DNA of 64,000 nucleotides from Puccinia triticina. Its lineage: Eukaryota. The translations under genes and the position numbers were made by a program. The notes under the pieces are model-generated. The model was not told the origin of the DNA. It did not search any database and saw nothing but the letters and a program-made list of their open reading frames with translations. Each line of letters begins with the position of its first letter. Within the stretch, counting starts at the first letter, position 1. Positions 61,976-64,000 of this stretch are shown piece by piece. The DNA lies in assembly GCA_026914245.1 (NCBI GenBank), contig CP110439.1:6820001-6884000 (forward strand), written 5' to 3'.

Positions 61976-64000
61976 CTCAGGCCCGTCCATCTCAACTAGT
62001 TGTTTAGAGCATCCACATTGGTGGCTAAGTTGGCGCAAGCTAACCTAGTCATCCAGGACCCGGCTAGCGCTAGCCAGACCCCCGCATAGCGGGTCCGTGA
62101 ATTTTACAAAACTTATTTCACAAGGCATAATCCTTGTGAAATAGATGCATTGGGATTTTATGGGATGTATGGGGTAATATGTATTTTTCCGGGGCTTTTG
62201 GACTTGTCTTGGCCCTTGTAAATTATACATTGTAAAACATACTATGCAAATATACCATGTGGATAGCATCTAAGTATATTAAATCCACGCTTTCGTGGAA
62301 ATTGGGATCAAGGGTTCCCCCTGCATTTTTCTGAAAAGGGGCTTAAAATTGTCCCCCTGGAAAATGATCTATAATTGCCACTTGTCTCCCACCTCTCATT
62401 TCCTCAGGTATCAATACCGTCAGAAAATTAAATTATAGTCCCCGAACATAAATGCCTCGGACTGGCCCCCCAATCCCTGAAGCAGGAATGAAAAGGGGCC
62501 GGGTTCAACCCCCTCGTGCCAGTTGCAATTGCAAGGGCAGGAGAGGGGCAAAAAACTGTGAATTAATTAAATAAGGTCCTCGGGTCACTCGCAAGTGCAA
62601 AGTGACGGAGGGGGGCTAAAATATAACTGCGCAAATGCAGCAGGTTTATGAAAGGTTATGGTTAACCCCTCGGACCTATCACAAGTGTGATGGCGGAGGG
62701 ACCAGGGCGAGCTTGCTCTACCCGTGCAAGCGCAACGGGGGAACTCAAGCCGCCAGCGGAAAACCACTCAATGATCAACCCATTATATGGTCGAAGGGCT
62801 TCTTGCCTGTTTCTCCTTACCGGTATTTTTCACAGGTTTTTCACAGGGATGTTTCATCAAGAATCTTCATTGGGAAACTGATATTCCCATTTAGATAATG
62901 TTTCGTCGCTTCCGGATCAGGGCTGACCTTTCAGCTTGCGGTTTCGATACGATCACGCAACCGTAACCACTCGTAGAGGACTACACCTCCCGGAAAGGCA
63001 TATACATACATACTCCTAATGTAAGTCATCCTCCGAGTGAACTCTTAGCTGGCCGTTTTTTTTCCGATTTACAACTCTTGCTTTCCCCCCCACGTTTGAT
63101 TCCCAAGGGCCCGTGAATCATAGAGTGCAGGAAGCCTTGTATTTTACCCCTCGGCAGGGATCTTTGCTGCCTAGCGAAGAAGAAGGCTAATATTATACTG
63201 GATACTCGATGTTTTCTATTCATGATTTGATGTACAGGTCACACGTCGGGTCGCTTCGCAACTCAGCTAACCATTGACGAGGTCTTTGATCAATCAGGGT
63301 CTTTTCACAGGGGCGTTAGTTCACATTAATCTGGTCCAGCACCTGGTTGCAGATTATCAGGCTCCACTACCCGTGAGTGCATCTGCGAATTCTGCCGGCA
63401 GTGCCTTGTCACTTGTCCTGAAAGGTTGCAGTCATCGGACCCTCGAGTCAAGTTTCAATTGGTACCCTGATTGGCGCCACACAGGGACCGGGCCTCAAAC
63501 GCTTGTGGTAAGAAACTGTTGCTTGGTTCAATTTTACTTCCCTTGGCGCTAACAACTACCTCATGCATAGTGTTCTCCCTGACTGGGCGAATACCTTTAA
63601 AAGAGAGGCTTTTGCCACACTGATTCTTACTTCACTCGGCATCAACTCACCTACTACGCTCCCGTTTTGTCTCATTGCCGCCTTCTCCTCAAAACCCTGC
63701 TGAGCTTGCTCCGCTGCTGTTGTTTTTTCCTCAAAGCAATCACTCGCTGTTCCTTTACACTCGTCTTCGCCGACCCCTCAAGCAGAACTCGAAACTCCCG
63801 CTCCGCCCTCTCCCTGTAGGTCTCAATTCGAGTGTTTAAATCAAAAACTTTAGTACAATTGATCTCATTATTATCCACATTGTTAACAATTTACCTTATA
63901 ATTATTTTATATTGGTTTCCACCTTAGCCTTCACCAAGACAGCGCCAGAAATCGACCGTAACGCGCACCACCGATCCTCACCAGCACATCTAACATTATA

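Noticed and set aside
63260..64000. Possible 3' exons of a minus-strand gene
   Set aside because: Splice-like signals are present but there is no consistent frame or recognisable domain

Overview
Eukaryotic, intron-containing DNA, most consistent with a rust fungus (Pucciniales). This is inferred from the transposon repertoire, the beta-tubulin and the TpCpG mutation bias. The only clearly intact host gene is a multi-exon UNC-93-like/DUF895 MFS membrane protein (minus strand, 1-2286, running off the window). The rest is a deeply nested transposon pile whose ends and target-site duplications (TSDs) can mostly be read directly. It contains: two chromodomain Ty3/Gypsy elements with paired LTRs; four solo LTRs; a tyrosine-recombinase (DIRS/Ngaro-type) relic; an 18.2 kb hAT element; a 10.8 kb IS3EU-type element; a hAT-like family that makes 7-bp TSDs; three CACC-ended elements with 3-bp TSDs; and many palindromic MITEs. 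Highlights: (1) a 3.6 kb non-autonomous Helitron carrying an intron-containing beta-tubulin copy plus a RhoGEF (DH-domain) fragment; (2) two divergent chromoviruses with covarying self-priming complementarity and no canonical polypurine tract; (3) a CAACG-terminal hAT-like family with 7-bp TSDs; (4) strong TpCpG hypermutation. All calls are from reading the sequence by eye; no database search was run.
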